A DNA stretch of 18,261 nucleotides from Chloroflexota bacterium (lineage in GTDB: Bacteria; Chloroflexota; Dehalococcoidia; Lucifugimonadales; UBA3495), in contig JAQBVF010000039.1 of assembly GCA_027623675.1 (NCBI GenBank), positions 1 to 18,261 on the forward strand, written 5' to 3'. Below the pieces are notes generated by a model. That model searched no databases. It saw only the letters and a program-made list of their open reading frames with translations, and was not told the DNA's origin. Position 1 is the stretch's first letter. Each line of letters begins with the position of its first letter. The translations under genes were made by a program, and so were the position numbers. This document shows positions 7,966 to 17,496 of the stretch, in pieces.

Positions 7966-9816
7966 ATGCAAACCAACGGATACGAAAAAACACAGAACAG
8001 TGGCATCCGCAATCTGGCCATCATAGCCCACGTCGACCACGGTAAAACCACCTTGGTTGACGCCCTGTTGAAACAGGGCCAGGTATTCCGCGCCAACCAA
8101 GACGTGGGCGAGTTGATCATGGACACCAACCCGCTGGAGCGGGAGCGCGGCATCACCATCCTGGCCAAGAACGCTTCCGTGTCGTACAAGGGCGTAAGAA
8201 TCAACATCATCGACACGCCGGGCCACGCTGATTTCAGCGGTGAAGTGGAACGGATCATGAACATGGCCGACGGCTGCCTGCTACTGGTGGACGCGGTTGA
8301 CGGGCCCATGCCGCAGACGACCTATGTGCTGCGCCAAGCCCTGCGGCAGAACGTTGCTCCCTTGGTGGTGATCAACAAGATCGACCGCCCGGAGTCCCGA
8401 GTTGCCGAAGTTGAGCGCTTGGTCCAGGACCTGTTCTTGGAACTGGCCACCAACGCGGACCAACTGGAATTCCCGATCATCTACACCTCGGCCAAGCAGG
8501 GCTACGCCACGACCGACCTAAACACACCGGGGACGGACATGACGCCCCTTTTTGATGCGATCTTGGAGTCGGTGGCGCCACCTACCGGAGACCCCGCGGC
8601 CCCATTGCAGATGCTTGTTGCCGCCCTGGATTACGACAATTACCTGGGACAGGTGTCGTTGGGACGCATCACCAGGGGCACCCTCAAGGTGCGCGACAAC
8701 GTGGCCCTGCTGGGCCGTGACAACGAGTTCAGCACCCACCCCTTGGAGCACATATTCGTCTTTCGGGGGATGGAACGCGTGGAGGTGCCGGAGGCCGGAG
8801 CCGGCGACATCGTGGCCGTGACCGGTCCTGAGGGAGTGACCATCGGCGACACACTGGCCTCTCTGGAAGAACCGGAAGCCCTGCCGTCTATAAATATCGA
8901 AGAACCGACCGTCCGGATGACCTTTGGCGTGAGCAATTCGCCTTTCATGGGCAAAGAGGGCGAGCATTGCACATCGCGCAACCTGCACGACCGGCTGATC
9001 AAGGAGCTGCGGACCAACGTTAGCCTCAAGGTTGAAACCACCAGCAGCCCCGATGTTTTCGTGGTCGCCGGCCGGGGTGAGCTTCACCTCTCGATCCTGG
9101 TTGAGACCATGCGCCGGGAGCAGTTCGAGTTTCAGGTTTCCCGGCCCGAGCCGGTCACCAAGGTGATCGACGGCAAGATTCACGAGCCATACGAGATCCT
9201 GAACATCAGCACCAATGACGAATACGTCGGCCCGCTGACCGAGTACTTATCGGGCCGCCTAGCCCAACTGCGGGATATGAAGTACGACGACAACGGCTAC
9301 GTACACATGGAGTACAAGATACCCACCCGCGGGCTGATCGGGTTCAACTCGTTCTTCCTGCGCACCACCCGCGGCGACGGCGTCAAAAGCAGCAGCTTCA
9401 CTTCCTACGAGCCGATGCATGGCGAGATCAGGGCGCAACCGGGCGGCGTGCTGGTGGCCTCCGAACGCGGTATGGCGGTCACCTATGGGCTGCTCAACGC
9501 CCAGGGCCGGGGCGACACATTCGTGGACCCTGGCACCATGGTCTACGAGGGTATGATCGTCGGCGCCCACCGGCGGGAAGGCGACATTGAGATCAATGTG
9601 TGCAAGGAAAAGAAGCTGACCAACATGCGCTCCTCCACCGCCGATGTGGCCAAGCGCTTGAATGCCACCGTCAAGATGAGCCTGGAGGAAGCCTTGGAGT
9701 TCATCTCCGACGACGAATTGGTGGAAGTCACCCCGCTGAACTACCGGCTCCGCAAGATGGCCCTGTCCTCGCTGGACCGCAAGCGCAGCCGCCGCCCCGC
9801 CCGGGCCCGGGACTAG
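7966..9816 (+). CDS. typA: Translational GTPase TypA/BipA
   Basis: Motifs [75 protein letters not shown]. Confidence 0.98.
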   Translation: MQTNGYEKTQNSGIRNLAIIAHVDHGKTTLVDALLKQGQVFRANQDVGELIMDTNPLERERGITILAKNASVSYKGVRINIIDTPGHADFSGEVERIMNMADGCLLLVDAVDGPMPQTTYVLRQALRQNVAPLVVINKIDRPESRVAEVERLVQDLFLELATNADQLEFPIIYTSAKQGYATTDLNTPGTDMTPLFDAILESVAPPTGDPAAPLQMLVAALDYDNYLGQVSLGRITRGTLKVRDNVALLGRDNEFSTHPLEHIFVFRGMERVEVPEAGAGDIVAVTGPEGVTIGDTLASLEEPEALPSINIEEPTVRMTFGVSNSPFMGKEGEHCTSRNLHDRLIKELRTNVSLKVETTSSPDVFVVAGRGELHLSILVETMRREQFEFQVSRPEPVTKVIDGKIHEPYEILNISTNDEYVGPLTEYLSGRLAQLRDMKYDDNGYVHMEYKIPTRGLIGFNSFFLRTTRGDGVKSSSFTSYEPMHGEIRAQPGGVLVASERGMAVTYGLLNAQGRGDTFVDPGTMVYEGMIVGAHRREGDIEINVCKEKKLTNMRSSTADVAKRLNATVKMSLEEALEFISDDELVEVTPLNYRLRKMALSSLDRKRSRRPARARD

Positions 9817-10104
9817 CCGGGGCGGCAGCGCCGCTTTTATTCTTGGGCCCCTGCTGCGTCTGAGCCCCTGGGTTTTGTATCATCCCGGGGTGCCGGCGCC
9901 GGGCCATTTTCCCATAGAACTCCATCTGTTTCCGCGGACCGGCCTCCGGCCTGAGCGGACGGAGATTTCCTCTTTGCGCGCCTCCACTGGCGGCTGGTAA
10001 GCAGGGTGGGATATGATGTCGTCCGAACACACGGAAATACCGGCTCATGGTTGGATGGGAGACCGTCCCCAATCAAACCGAGACACCAGATTAGGGAGAG
10101 CGAG

Positions 10105-10716
10105 ATGATCTACGAAGTACGCACCTACGACTTGAAGCCTGGGGCTATCCCGCAGGCCGAGGAAGCCTTTGCCGAGGCGCTGCCCCACCGGGAGAAATAT
10201 GGCCCCATCGCCGCCTTTTGGCACACCGATATTGGTCCGTTGAACCAGATCATCCACGTCTGGGGTTACGAGGACCTGGCCGAGCGGGACAAAGTCCGCG
10301 CCGCCGCGGGGAAAGACCCGAATTGGCCACCCAAAATCACCCCCGGCAACATCTTGAACATGAACTCGGAGATCTGGAACCCGGCCCCGTTCATGAGGCC
10401 CATGGGCGGAGACCAGGCGCTGGGCGGCATCTACGAGATGCGCACCTACACCTACCAGCCCGGCTCCATCCCCGAGCTGCTCAAGCGCTGGGAAGCGGCC
10501 CTTCCTCACCGTGAAGAGTACTCGCCCCTGGCCGCCGGCATGTACACCGAGTTCGGCGGACTGAACCGGTGGATGCACGTTTGGCCCTACAAAGACCTGA
10601 ACCACCGGGCCGAGATCCGCGCAACCAAGATCGAAGGTTGGCCCTCCGGCGCCCCCGGCATGGTCCGTCAGGAGAACAAGATCATGATTCCGGCCAGTTT
10701 CTCGCCGATGCACTAG
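10105..10716 (+). CDS. NIPSNAP family protein (two tandem NIPSNAP domains)
   Basis: IYEVRTYDLKPG...GPLNQIIHVWGYEDLAER is repeated as IYEMRTYTYQPG...GGLNRWMHVWPYKDLNHR. GGGAG RBS precedes ATG 10105. Confidence 0.9.
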   Translation: MIYEVRTYDLKPGAIPQAEEAFAEALPHREKYGPIAAFWHTDIGPLNQIIHVWGYEDLAERDKVRAAAGKDPNWPPKITPGNILNMNSEIWNPAPFMRPMGGDQALGGIYEMRTYTYQPGSIPELLKRWEAALPHREEYSPLAAGMYTEFGGLNRWMHVWPYKDLNHRAEIRATKIEGWPSGAPGMVRQENKIMIPASFSPMH

Positions 10717-10836
10717 GCCTGGGCCGACGATACCGAGCGATAATGCAGGCGGCCTGGGGGCGTCGTTCTTCCGGGCCGCACTGCCGGCGCATAGCACGAA
10801 AACCGGACAGAACATCCACCGCGACTGGGAAGAAAG

Positions 10837-11130
10837 ATGGCGGCCAGACAACACATCTACAAAGTAGACCAGCGGGTCCTGATCAAACGCCGTGACGGCG
10901 GCAACCACCGGCCTCCATCCGAAGGGTCGAAGGGATCGTTTGGGGTTATCGCGCCCCAGCTATTCCAGGACTGGGCCGGAACGTTTCTGGAAAGAGAAGA
11001 AGGCGTTCCGCCCGAGTATTACGTAACCGTTGACAGCGGTGTCACTGAGACCATCGACGAAGACTGGCTGGAACCGGCGCCTCCGGGTTCGCCGCCGGCC
11101 CCCGAGCCCGATAGACCCTGGCCGGTGTAA
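10837..11130 (+). CDS. Hypothetical protein (97 aa), possibly SH3-like barrel
   Basis: Coding-like ORF followed by a terminator. Pattern YKVDQRVLI...G..GVI...YYVTVDSG...IDEDWLEP. Confidence 0.65.
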   Translation: MAARQHIYKVDQRVLIKRRDGGNHRPPSEGSKGSFGVIAPQLFQDWAGTFLEREEGVPPEYYVTVDSGVTETIDEDWLEPAPPGSPPAPEPDRPWPV

Positions 11131-11152
11131 GGCGGGTGCGGCAGAGATAAAG

Positions 11153-11185
11153 AAAGGCCCCTGGTGAAAACCGGGGGCCTTTTTT
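11153..11185 (+). terminator. Intrinsic terminator
   Basis: AAAGGCCCCTGGT-gaaa-ACCGGGGGCCTTT running into a T tract. Confidence 0.85.
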
Positions 11186-11246
11186 GCGTGCACCGAACAG
11201 CGCCGGATCGCCTGGTCCGCACGACGGGCGGAGAACTCCCCCGGCA

Positions 11247-11274
11247 TTGCGCAACCGCGCCGCCCTGATATGCT
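11247..11274 (+). promoter_or_regulatory. Putative sigma70 promoter for the LOG gene
   Basis: TTGCGC, 16-nt spacer, TATGCT with a TGn extension. Confidence 0.35.
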
Positions 11275-11325
11275 TATCTGGCAACGAAACGCCGGACCGA
11301 ATATCGGCGGCGAGCAAGAGGGACT

Positions 11326-12381
11326 ATGAATCTGGACACGGTAGAAGGCATCCTGGAACAGGTTAAGGATATCTCCGAGGTTAATGGCCGGGACCAGCGC
11401 CAATGGCTGTACCGCGAGATCCTTCTTAACGCGTTGAAGTGCAAGCGGGACGAACTGGACATTCTGGACCTGAAGGTGATCAACCGGATGGTGGATGAAT
11501 TCCGGTACGCGGCCAAGGTGTTCAAGCCATACCGCAGCGTTCGTAAGGTGTCGATCTTCGGGTCCGCGCGGGTGCCCGAGGGGGACCCGCATTACGAACT
11601 GGCGGCCCGGTTCGCCCACCAGATGACCGGGCATGGCTTCATGGCCATCACCGGCGCCGCGTCGGGCATCATGAAGGCCGGCATCGACGGCGCCGGGCCG
11701 GAGAACAGCTTTGGAGTCAGCATCCTGCTGCCGTTCGAGAGTCCCTCGGTCGTGATGGGAGACGACCCCAAGTTGGTCGCCTTCCGCTTCTTCTTCACCC
11801 GCAAGATATTCTTCGTCATGGAGGCGGACGCCTGCGCGCTGTTCCCAGGCGGCTTCGGGACCCAGGACGAGGGCTTCGAGGTCCTGACGCTGCTGCAGAC
11901 GGGCAAGGCCCAGCCCATGCCGCTGGTCCTGATGGAACTCCCCGGCGACAATTACTGGGAGACCTGGGACCGGTTCGTGCGGGACCAATTGCTGGACCGG
12001 GGTTACATATCTGAGGAAGACCTGTCGCTGTACAAGATCGTCCACTCTGCAGAGGCGGCGGCGGCCTGGATCCAGTTTTACTATTCCACCTACCATTCGG
12101 TGCGGCAGGTGCACGACAAGTTGGTGGTCCGGCTGGAGAAGCAGTTAACCGAAGACCACCTGCGCCGATTGAACGAGTCCTTCTCCGACCTTGTCGAGTC
12201 GGGGACGATCGCGGCTACCGGGCCTTTGTCCCAGGAGAGGGACGATCCGGGCCTGATGTTGAAGCCCCGGATCGCCTTCCGCAACAACAAGCGAAGCGCC
12301 GGCCGTCTCAACCAGTTGATCGTGGCCATCAATCTTATGGGGAACGAAGTCGAAGCAGGGCAACCTGACACTGCGGCTTAG
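11326..12381 (+). CDS. LOG family protein (nucleotide phosphoribohydrolase-like, TIGR00730-type) with N- and C-terminal extensions
   Basis: Motifs KVSIFGSAR, ITGAASGIM, FRFFFTRKIFFV, PGGFGTQDE. Confidence 0.9.
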   Translation: MNLDTVEGILEQVKDISEVNGRDQRQWLYREILLNALKCKRDELDILDLKVINRMVDEFRYAAKVFKPYRSVRKVSIFGSARVPEGDPHYELAARFAHQMTGHGFMAITGAASGIMKAGIDGAGPENSFGVSILLPFESPSVVMGDDPKLVAFRFFFTRKIFFVMEADACALFPGGFGTQDEGFEVLTLLQTGKAQPMPLVLMELPGDNYWETWDRFVRDQLLDRGYISEEDLSLYKIVHSAEAAAAWIQFYYSTYHSVRQVHDKLVVRLEKQLTEDHLRRLNESFSDLVESGTIAATGPLSQERDDPGLMLKPRIAFRNNKRSAGRLNQLIVAINLMGNEVEAGQPDTAA

Positions 12382-13295
12382 CGGACTGTCTGGTTTGGCA
12401 GGTCCAGCGCTTTCTCTGCCAGCGTAGTCAGCATTCGCCAAGAAGCGTCGTTGTTCCTGGTGGCTTCGATGTCGTCGTAGTAGGTGTCCAGCACCACGTA
12501 GGAGCACCCGAGCTCTTCCAGCTCCGCCAGGTCTCGGCGCACCTGTTCGAGGGAACCCTCGCCGGCGACGCGTTCCGGGTCAGGGTTGGTCGAGTCGGTC
12601 AGCCGGAGCCGGATCCTGGGACACAGCATCGGCATCGCCTGGCCCTCTTCATCGGCGATCTCTTGCAGGCGGGGGATCCCCGTGTCCTTGAACCAGCCCA
12701 GGCGTATCCGGATGGGATGCCAAGCGTCGCCGTAGCGGACAGTGCGCCGCATCGCCGCATCGCTGGGGCCGCCCACCCAGATGGGCGGATGGGGCGACCG
12801 GACGGGCCGGGGCGCCGTGTGCACGTTGGTGAACGAAGCGAACTTGCCTTCGTAAGACGCCACATCGTGTGTCCAGAAGAGCTTGATGGCCTCCAGATAC
12901 TCGTTGGTGATGGCTCCCCGGGACCGGAAGGGCACCTGCAAAGCTTTGAACTCATCCTGGGCCCACCCGATGCCCACTCCCAGGATGAAACGGCCTCCAC
13001 TGAGTTGGTCTATGTTGGCGGTGGCCTTGGCTATCTCCAGGGGGTTGCGGTAGGGCACGATCAGCACCGTGGTGCCGATCTCGATGGAGTTTGTGACGCC
13101 GGCCAGCCAGCCCAGCAGGGAGATGGGCTCGAAGAAGGGAGCGGGATAGCGGGACTGGACATCGGGGGTGATGGCAACGTGATCACAGGTCATGATGAGG
13201 TGATAACCCAGTGATTCGGTTAACCGCGCCCAGGTTTTGATGGACTCGGGTGTCACGCCTGGGCCGAAGTTGATCAGGTTCACGCCTACTTTCAT
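12378..13295 (-). CDS. LLM-class flavin-dependent oxidoreductase, probably F420-dependent
   Basis: Motifs DHV, IGTTVLIVPYRNP, IDQLSGGRFILGVGIGW, EFKAL, PPIWVGG, GDAWHP. Confidence 0.9.
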   Translation of the reverse strand: MKVGVNLINFGPGVTPESIKTWARLTESLGYHLIMTCDHVAITPDVQSRYPAPFFEPISLLGWLAGVTNSIEIGTTVLIVPYRNPLEIAKATANIDQLSGGRFILGVGIGWAQDEFKALQVPFRSRGAITNEYLEAIKLFWTHDVASYEGKFASFTNVHTAPRPVRSPHPPIWVGGPSDAAMRRTVRYGDAWHPIRIRLGWFKDTGIPRLQEIADEEGQAMPMLCPRIRLRLTDSTNPDPERVAGEGSLEQVRRDLAELEELGCSYVVLDTYYDDIEATRNNDASWRMLTTLAEKALDLPNQTVR

Positions 13296-13464
13296 TGTTG
13301 TCTCCTAACTATTTTGGCGGACGCCAGGTGCATCATCCCAAGCCTGGGCGAAAATGTTTACAATACCCGCACATGCCCGGATATGATAATACGCAGGCCC
13401 AGAGGTTTCACCCGGCTGGCCCAGCGTTTTACCGGCAAGAATGGTAGCAGAGAGGAGAAACAGC

Positions 13465-15189
13465 ATGAAGTTGCAGATCATGTCCCCTGCCGCGGATAGA
13501 GTAGATTTCAAGGTCCCACCGGCGCCTCGCCTGGCCGGCCTTGATGGGAAGACCATTGGCTTGTACAACAACATGACCGGCGGCGCCGACATCGCCGTGG
13601 ACCGGGCGGCCCAACGCATCAGCGAGCGCTTCCCCGGCGTCAAGTTCGAGAGATACGGCGGCGACCTCAGGGAAGGACGGCCCTCGCTCAGCCGTGGTAA
13701 CCATATCGATGAGGAGGAAGCGGCCCGCATCGCGTCAGAGGTTGACGCCATGATTGGGGCAACCGCCCATTGAGGCGGCTGCACGTCGTGGCTTGCCCAC
13801 GACATGGTCGCCGTTGAGAAGGCGGGTATCCCCGCCGTCGCCATCGCCGCCAGGAGCTTCGCCAGGGCGTGGCAGTCCTGCGTCGACGGGTGGGGCCAGC
13901 CCACGGTCGCGTTCGTCACCATACCCCACGCCACCACCGGCCAGCAGGCGGACTTCATCAACAACATGGTTGATGAGCAGATCGAAGACATCATCCGGGG
14001 CCTAACTCAGCTGCCAGCCTCCGGCAAGGTGAGCGGAAGGACCAGGACCGGCGGTAAGTCGACCGAGATATTCACCGTGGAGATGGATGAGTCGCCGCTG
14101 GGGCTGAATGCGGTGAACCGATTCCTGGCCGAACGCGACTGGAGCGACGGCATCCCGGTCATGCCGCCCACGCCCGCCGCCGTTGAGCAGATGCTTAAGG
14201 GCACCAGGTGTGCGCCCCAGGACGTGCTGATGGTGATGGAGCCGGGCTTTGGGCTGGCCACGGTGGAAAAGATCGCCATCAACGCCGTCATGGCGGGCTG
14301 CCGGCCGGAGCAATTTCCGGTCCTGCTGGCGGCCATCGATTGCCTGGCCCAGCCGGAGATGAACCACCGGGACATGCAGGTCTCCGGTCACACGGAGGCG
14401 CCCATAATACTGGTGAACGGCCCCATCGCGGAGACGGCGGGACTTAACTTCGGGACCACGGCCATGGGCCCGGGCGTCATCAACAGCGCCAACACAGCCA
14501 TCGGCCGGGCGCTGCGGTTGTGCCTGATCAACATCGGCTACTGCAACGCCGGCGCCGGCGACCCCAATTTCGTCGGCCTGCCGACCAAGTTCGGGATGTG
14601 CATCGCCGAGAACGAGGAGGTCAGCCCCTGGCAGCCCTACCACATGGACCGGGGCTACCAGCGAAACGAGAGCGCGGTAACTGTGGTGACCGTGACTGGG
14701 CCGACGACCATCATCGACCCCCGGTCAAAGACCCACGAAGACACGCTGAATAACATCGCTTCGATGATGTTCTACCCCAATGCGGGGGCCGGCGGCTGGC
14801 TCAAGGGCCGGCAATCCGCTCAGGTGGGCCACACCAGCAAACGGGTGCCCTATCAGGGGCCCTACCACCCCATCATCCTCAGTCCCTCAAGGGCCGTCAT
14901 CCTGGCCGAGGCAGGGATGAGCAAACAGGACGCTCAGACCTGGCTGCACGAGAGATGCCGCGTCTCTTTGCGGTCGGCATTGGGCGCGGGAGGCATGCCC
15001 ACGGACGCCGGCGGCAGATGGTTGCACCACCCGGAGTTGCAGCATCTGGAGGATGACCCGGAAGCGACCATTCCGGCGCTGGAAAGCCCGGAGCAGTACC
15101 TGCTGTTCGTTACAGGGGGCTCGACCCACTACGCCCACTTCTTCTACGGGACCTACGGCATCGCCACCTCGCCGGTGGAGGCGGTCTAG
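13465..15189 (+). CDS. Probable UGSC-like selenoprotein (574 aa, Sec103, U-G-G-C) fused to its usual partner domain
   Basis: GAGGAG RBS and ATG 13465. A single in-frame TGA at 13771-13773 reads ...GATAH-U-GGCTSWLAHDMVAVEKAGIPAV, and the frame stays open to 15189. The N-terminal PRLAGLDGKTIGL and C-terminal WSDGIPVMPPT, ATVEKIAINAVMAGC and ANTAIGRALRL motifs are ones I recall as typical of these loci. Confidence 0.82.
13774..13812 (+). promoter_or_regulatory. Candidate bacterial SECIS hairpin
   Basis: Directly 3' of the UGA: lower stem GGCGGC/GTCGCC, upper stem GTCGTGG/CCACGAC, apical loop CTTGC. Confidence 0.6.
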
Positions 15190-15225
15190 ACCTTCGGGTT
15201 AGCCCCCCGTGTTAGTCCTATGGGG

Positions 15226-16398
15226 TTAGTCCTCTGGGAAGAGCAGCGTCCCGATGGTCCGGTAGGCCACGTCGTTGGCCTGTCCCATGACCAGACCGGC
15301 GCGGGCGTCCCGGAAATACCGCTCGAAGGGCAGGCGGGCCGCGAAAGCCGTTCCTCCGAAGATGGTCATCAGGTCGGTGGTGACCCGCACCGCCGCCTCC
15401 GAGCAGAGTACCTTGGCCTGCAGGAGCGGGAGGACCGAATCCGCCCTTCCCGAGTCCGCCATGGCCGCCGCCACGTGCAGCAGCGCTCTTGCCGCCTCGA
15501 TCTGGGCGCTCATCTCGGCCATGCGGCGCTGGTTGATGGGGTTGTCCAGCCGGCGGGCGCCGCTGGGGTAGCGCTTGTCGCCTTCCTCGCAGGCCAGCTC
15601 GAACGCGCCCGACGCGATGCCCAGGTAGGCAGCGCCGTAGGTGAGGATCAGGCAGGGCGACATGTACTTGGTCATGACAGGGACGCTCTGGTCCGCTAGC
15701 TCGATGCCCACCAGGTTCTCCTCGGGCACGACGCCGTTGAAGATCATCGGCACGCTGCTATTGCCCCGCATGCCCAGGCCGTTCCACTCGCCGATGGTCT
15801 CCCACTCGACCTCGTCGTTCTTGAACATGAGCAGTTCCGGCGGACCTTCCGTCCTGCCGCCCTCGATCCGGCAGAACATGATGTAGTGGGTGGCGTGTCC
15901 CGCCGAGGTCACATACGACTTGCGGATGTGGTCGAGGTGGAATCCGCCCTCCACCCGGGGCAGGGTCGTGACCGATTGGGGCACGGGGGTCCAGTCGTCG
16001 CCGGTCTTGCCGTGGGGTTCACCGCCCGGCGCGGCGGCGAACATCTCGCCCCGCAGCAGCGGCTCGATGTACCGTTGGCGCTGGTACTCGGTTGGGACCT
16101 GGCTGATGGCCTCCACCGCCTCCAGGTGCATCTTGAAGCACATGGCGGTGGATGGGCACTTCTTGGATATCTCTTCAACGACCAGGCAGGTGGTAACCAG
16201 GTCGAGGCCGGGTCCGCCGAACTTCTTGGGCACCCGCATCGACCACAGACCGGCGTCACGCAGCGCGTTCAGTGACGCTTCGGGAAATTCTCTTCGCTCG
16301 TCGTAACCCGCGGCGCGAGGCCCGATCTCGCGCACGGCGATCGCGGCAACCCGGTCCTTCCATCCTTGCTGTTCGTCGGTCAATGGGTAATAGTTCAT
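15226..16398 (-). CDS. Acyl-CoA dehydrogenase-fold flavoprotein
   Basis: Motifs VPKKFGG, EEISKKCPSTA, KSYVTSAGHA, WNGLGMRGNSS, FGG, ERYFRDAR. GAGG RBS precedes ATG 16398. Confidence 0.9.
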   Translation of the reverse strand: MNYYPLTDEQQGWKDRVAAIAVREIGPRAAGYDERREFPEASLNALRDAGLWSMRVPKKFGGPGLDLVTTCLVVEEISKKCPSTAMCFKMHLEAVEAISQVPTEYQRQRYIEPLLRGEMFAAAPGGEPHGKTGDDWTPVPQSVTTLPRVEGGFHLDHIRKSYVTSAGHATHYIMFCRIEGGRTEGPPELLMFKNDEVEWETIGEWNGLGMRGNSSVPMIFNGVVPEENLVGIELADQSVPVMTKYMSPCLILTYGAAYLGIASGAFELACEEGDKRYPSGARRLDNPINQRRMAEMSAQIEAARALLHVAAAMADSGRADSVLPLLQAKVLCSEAAVRVTTDLMTIFGGTAFAARLPFERYFRDARAGLVMGQANDVAYRTIGTLLFPED

Positions 16399-16558
16399 CG
16401 AATACCTCTGGTAGACAGGCGTTCGCCGGGCCGGAGCCAAGCCGGGGGGCGAGCGCGTAGATTATCGGTTGACGGGGATCGGTCCAGGGGCGATCCAACC
16501 CGCAGCTAATGATACGTTCCGACGAGCGACACGACAACGGGTGGGAGAAACCCAATAC

Positions 16559-16590
16559 AAAAGGCCCCCGGCTTAGGTCGGGGGCCTTTC
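16559..16590 (-). terminator. Intrinsic terminator downstream of the tRNA-Trp 3' end
   Basis: AAAGGCCCCCGGC-ttag-GTCGGGGGCCTTT hairpin, followed by TTTT on the minus strand. Confidence 0.75.
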
Positions 16591-16604
16591 TTATCGCCAA
16601 AGAT

Positions 16605-16649
16605 TGGCAGGAGCGGGAGGATTCGAACCCCCGGCCACTGGTTTTGGAG
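16605..16649 (-). tRNA. 3' half of tRNA-Trp(CCA), a partial copy marking an att site
   Basis: Minus strand CTCCAAA-ACCAG-TGGCC-GGGGG-TTCGAAT-CCTCC-CGCTCCT-GCCA gives anticodon loop, T-arm, acceptor 3' strand and CCA end. The 5' anticodon stem and D-arm are absent (replaced by ...GCAGAA). Confidence 0.88.
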
Positions 16650-16766
16650 TTCTGCGGGGATGGTCACTTAACAGCATTTCGTGCCTGCGGACGTCCTCGG
16701 ACGTTTAGATGTGAAATGGTTGTTCGTGTCTAACCGCCATTGATGTACCCGCATATCCTCGGACGG

Positions 16767-16788
16767 ATGTCGGCAAAATGTCGGCAAA
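16767..16788 (+). repeat. Tandem 11-bp direct repeat, candidate integrase arm-type sites
   Basis: ATGTCGGCAAA x2, about 120 bp inside the att core. TCCTCGGACG also occurs at 16694-16703 and 16756-16765. Confidence 0.6.
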
Positions 16789-16805
16789 TGTGAGCGTGTC
16801 ATCTA

Positions 16806-17495
16806 CTAGCTATTAAGTAGGGTTACGCCCTTGCCCAGATTACAATCTCTGCACGCTGCTACGAGGTTGTCGTCATCGTTAGAACCATCTGATGCCCGTG
16901 GTATTACATGGTCAACGTGGAGTAGCACTCCATCATTTTGTGGGCTCCGACCGCAATAGACGCAACTAAAGTTGTGTCTACGAAGTATCCGGAATCTGTG
17001 GCTGGCAGATACGGAACGTTTTCTCGGTTTTCCACCTTTAGCTGTAAGTCCTTGAACAGGCAACTGAACAGAAGTTTTACTGGTTAACCATCGGTCGGTA
17101 GATTGGTCATCTAAAACAACCCAGCTATCCCCGTAGCTTCTAGCCATAGGTTCGATGATGTCATCGAGCCATTCTTCCTGCTCTAAATAAATAGTAACTG
17201 CATTGAAACCGGGTTTTAGTGACTGCCAATAATCATCTAATTGGTATAACCGGAAACCTCTGGTGGTTTCCCTAAGCTGACTTGGAGAAGTGTCTTGTAG
17301 CTGACGGAACCCTTGAACAACTGATTTCGCGATTATTGGGCCACCGCTCCACTTCATCCAAACAATGTCACCTATGCTGATTCGACCCCAAGGCGTAGGT
17401 AATTTAGCAACGTGTGTTTGAGTGAATACGCCGACTTCAGGGCGCTCAGATGAACCAGCAACGTAATCTTCCCGTCTAATCACTACATGCTGCAT
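16806..17495 (-). CDS. HNH endonuclease with N-terminal ASCH/PUA-like domain
   Basis: C-terminal CVYCG...LHVDHVIPRASDGSNDDDNLVAACRDCNLGK is an McrA-type HNH. N-terminal PWGRISIGDIVWMKWSGGPIIAKSVV resembles the ASCH/PUA strand pattern (inference). Confidence 0.82.
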   Translation of the reverse strand: MQHVVIRREDYVAGSSERPEVGVFTQTHVAKLPTPWGRISIGDIVWMKWSGGPIIAKSVVQGFRQLQDTSPSQLRETTRGFRLYQLDDYWQSLKPGFNAVTIYLEQEEWLDDIIEPMARSYGDSWVVLDDQSTDRWLTSKTSVQLPVQGLTAKGGKPRKRSVSASHRFRILRRHNFSCVYCGRSPQNDGVLLHVDHVIPRASDGSNDDDNLVAACRDCNLGKGVTLLNS

Positions 17496-17496
17496 T

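Noticed and set aside
13771..13773. UGA as Trp/Gly via an alternative genetic code
   Set aside because: vsr, vapC and the DUF5681 gene end in TGA at sensible positions, and Trp is encoded by TGG throughout. The UxxC context favours Sec.
15196..15233. Short repeats GTTAGTCCT x2 / GGGTTAG between convergent genes
   Set aside because: Too short to support a function; probably a micro-duplication of the ACAD stop region.
11153..16590. Similar hairpins AAAGGCCCC...GGGGGCCTTT at 11153 and 16560 as a REP/MITE family
   Set aside because: Only two short copies with different loops, both positioned as ordinary terminators.
16605..16649. Functional or split tRNA-Trp gene
   Set aside because: There is no 5' half in the window. 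The break at the anticodon loop next to foreign DNA fits an att remnant better.
16509..16733. 74-aa ORF spanning the terminator and tRNA fragment
   Set aside because: It is an antisense translation of tRNA and terminator sequence (WQEREDSNPRP), a typical spurious ORF.
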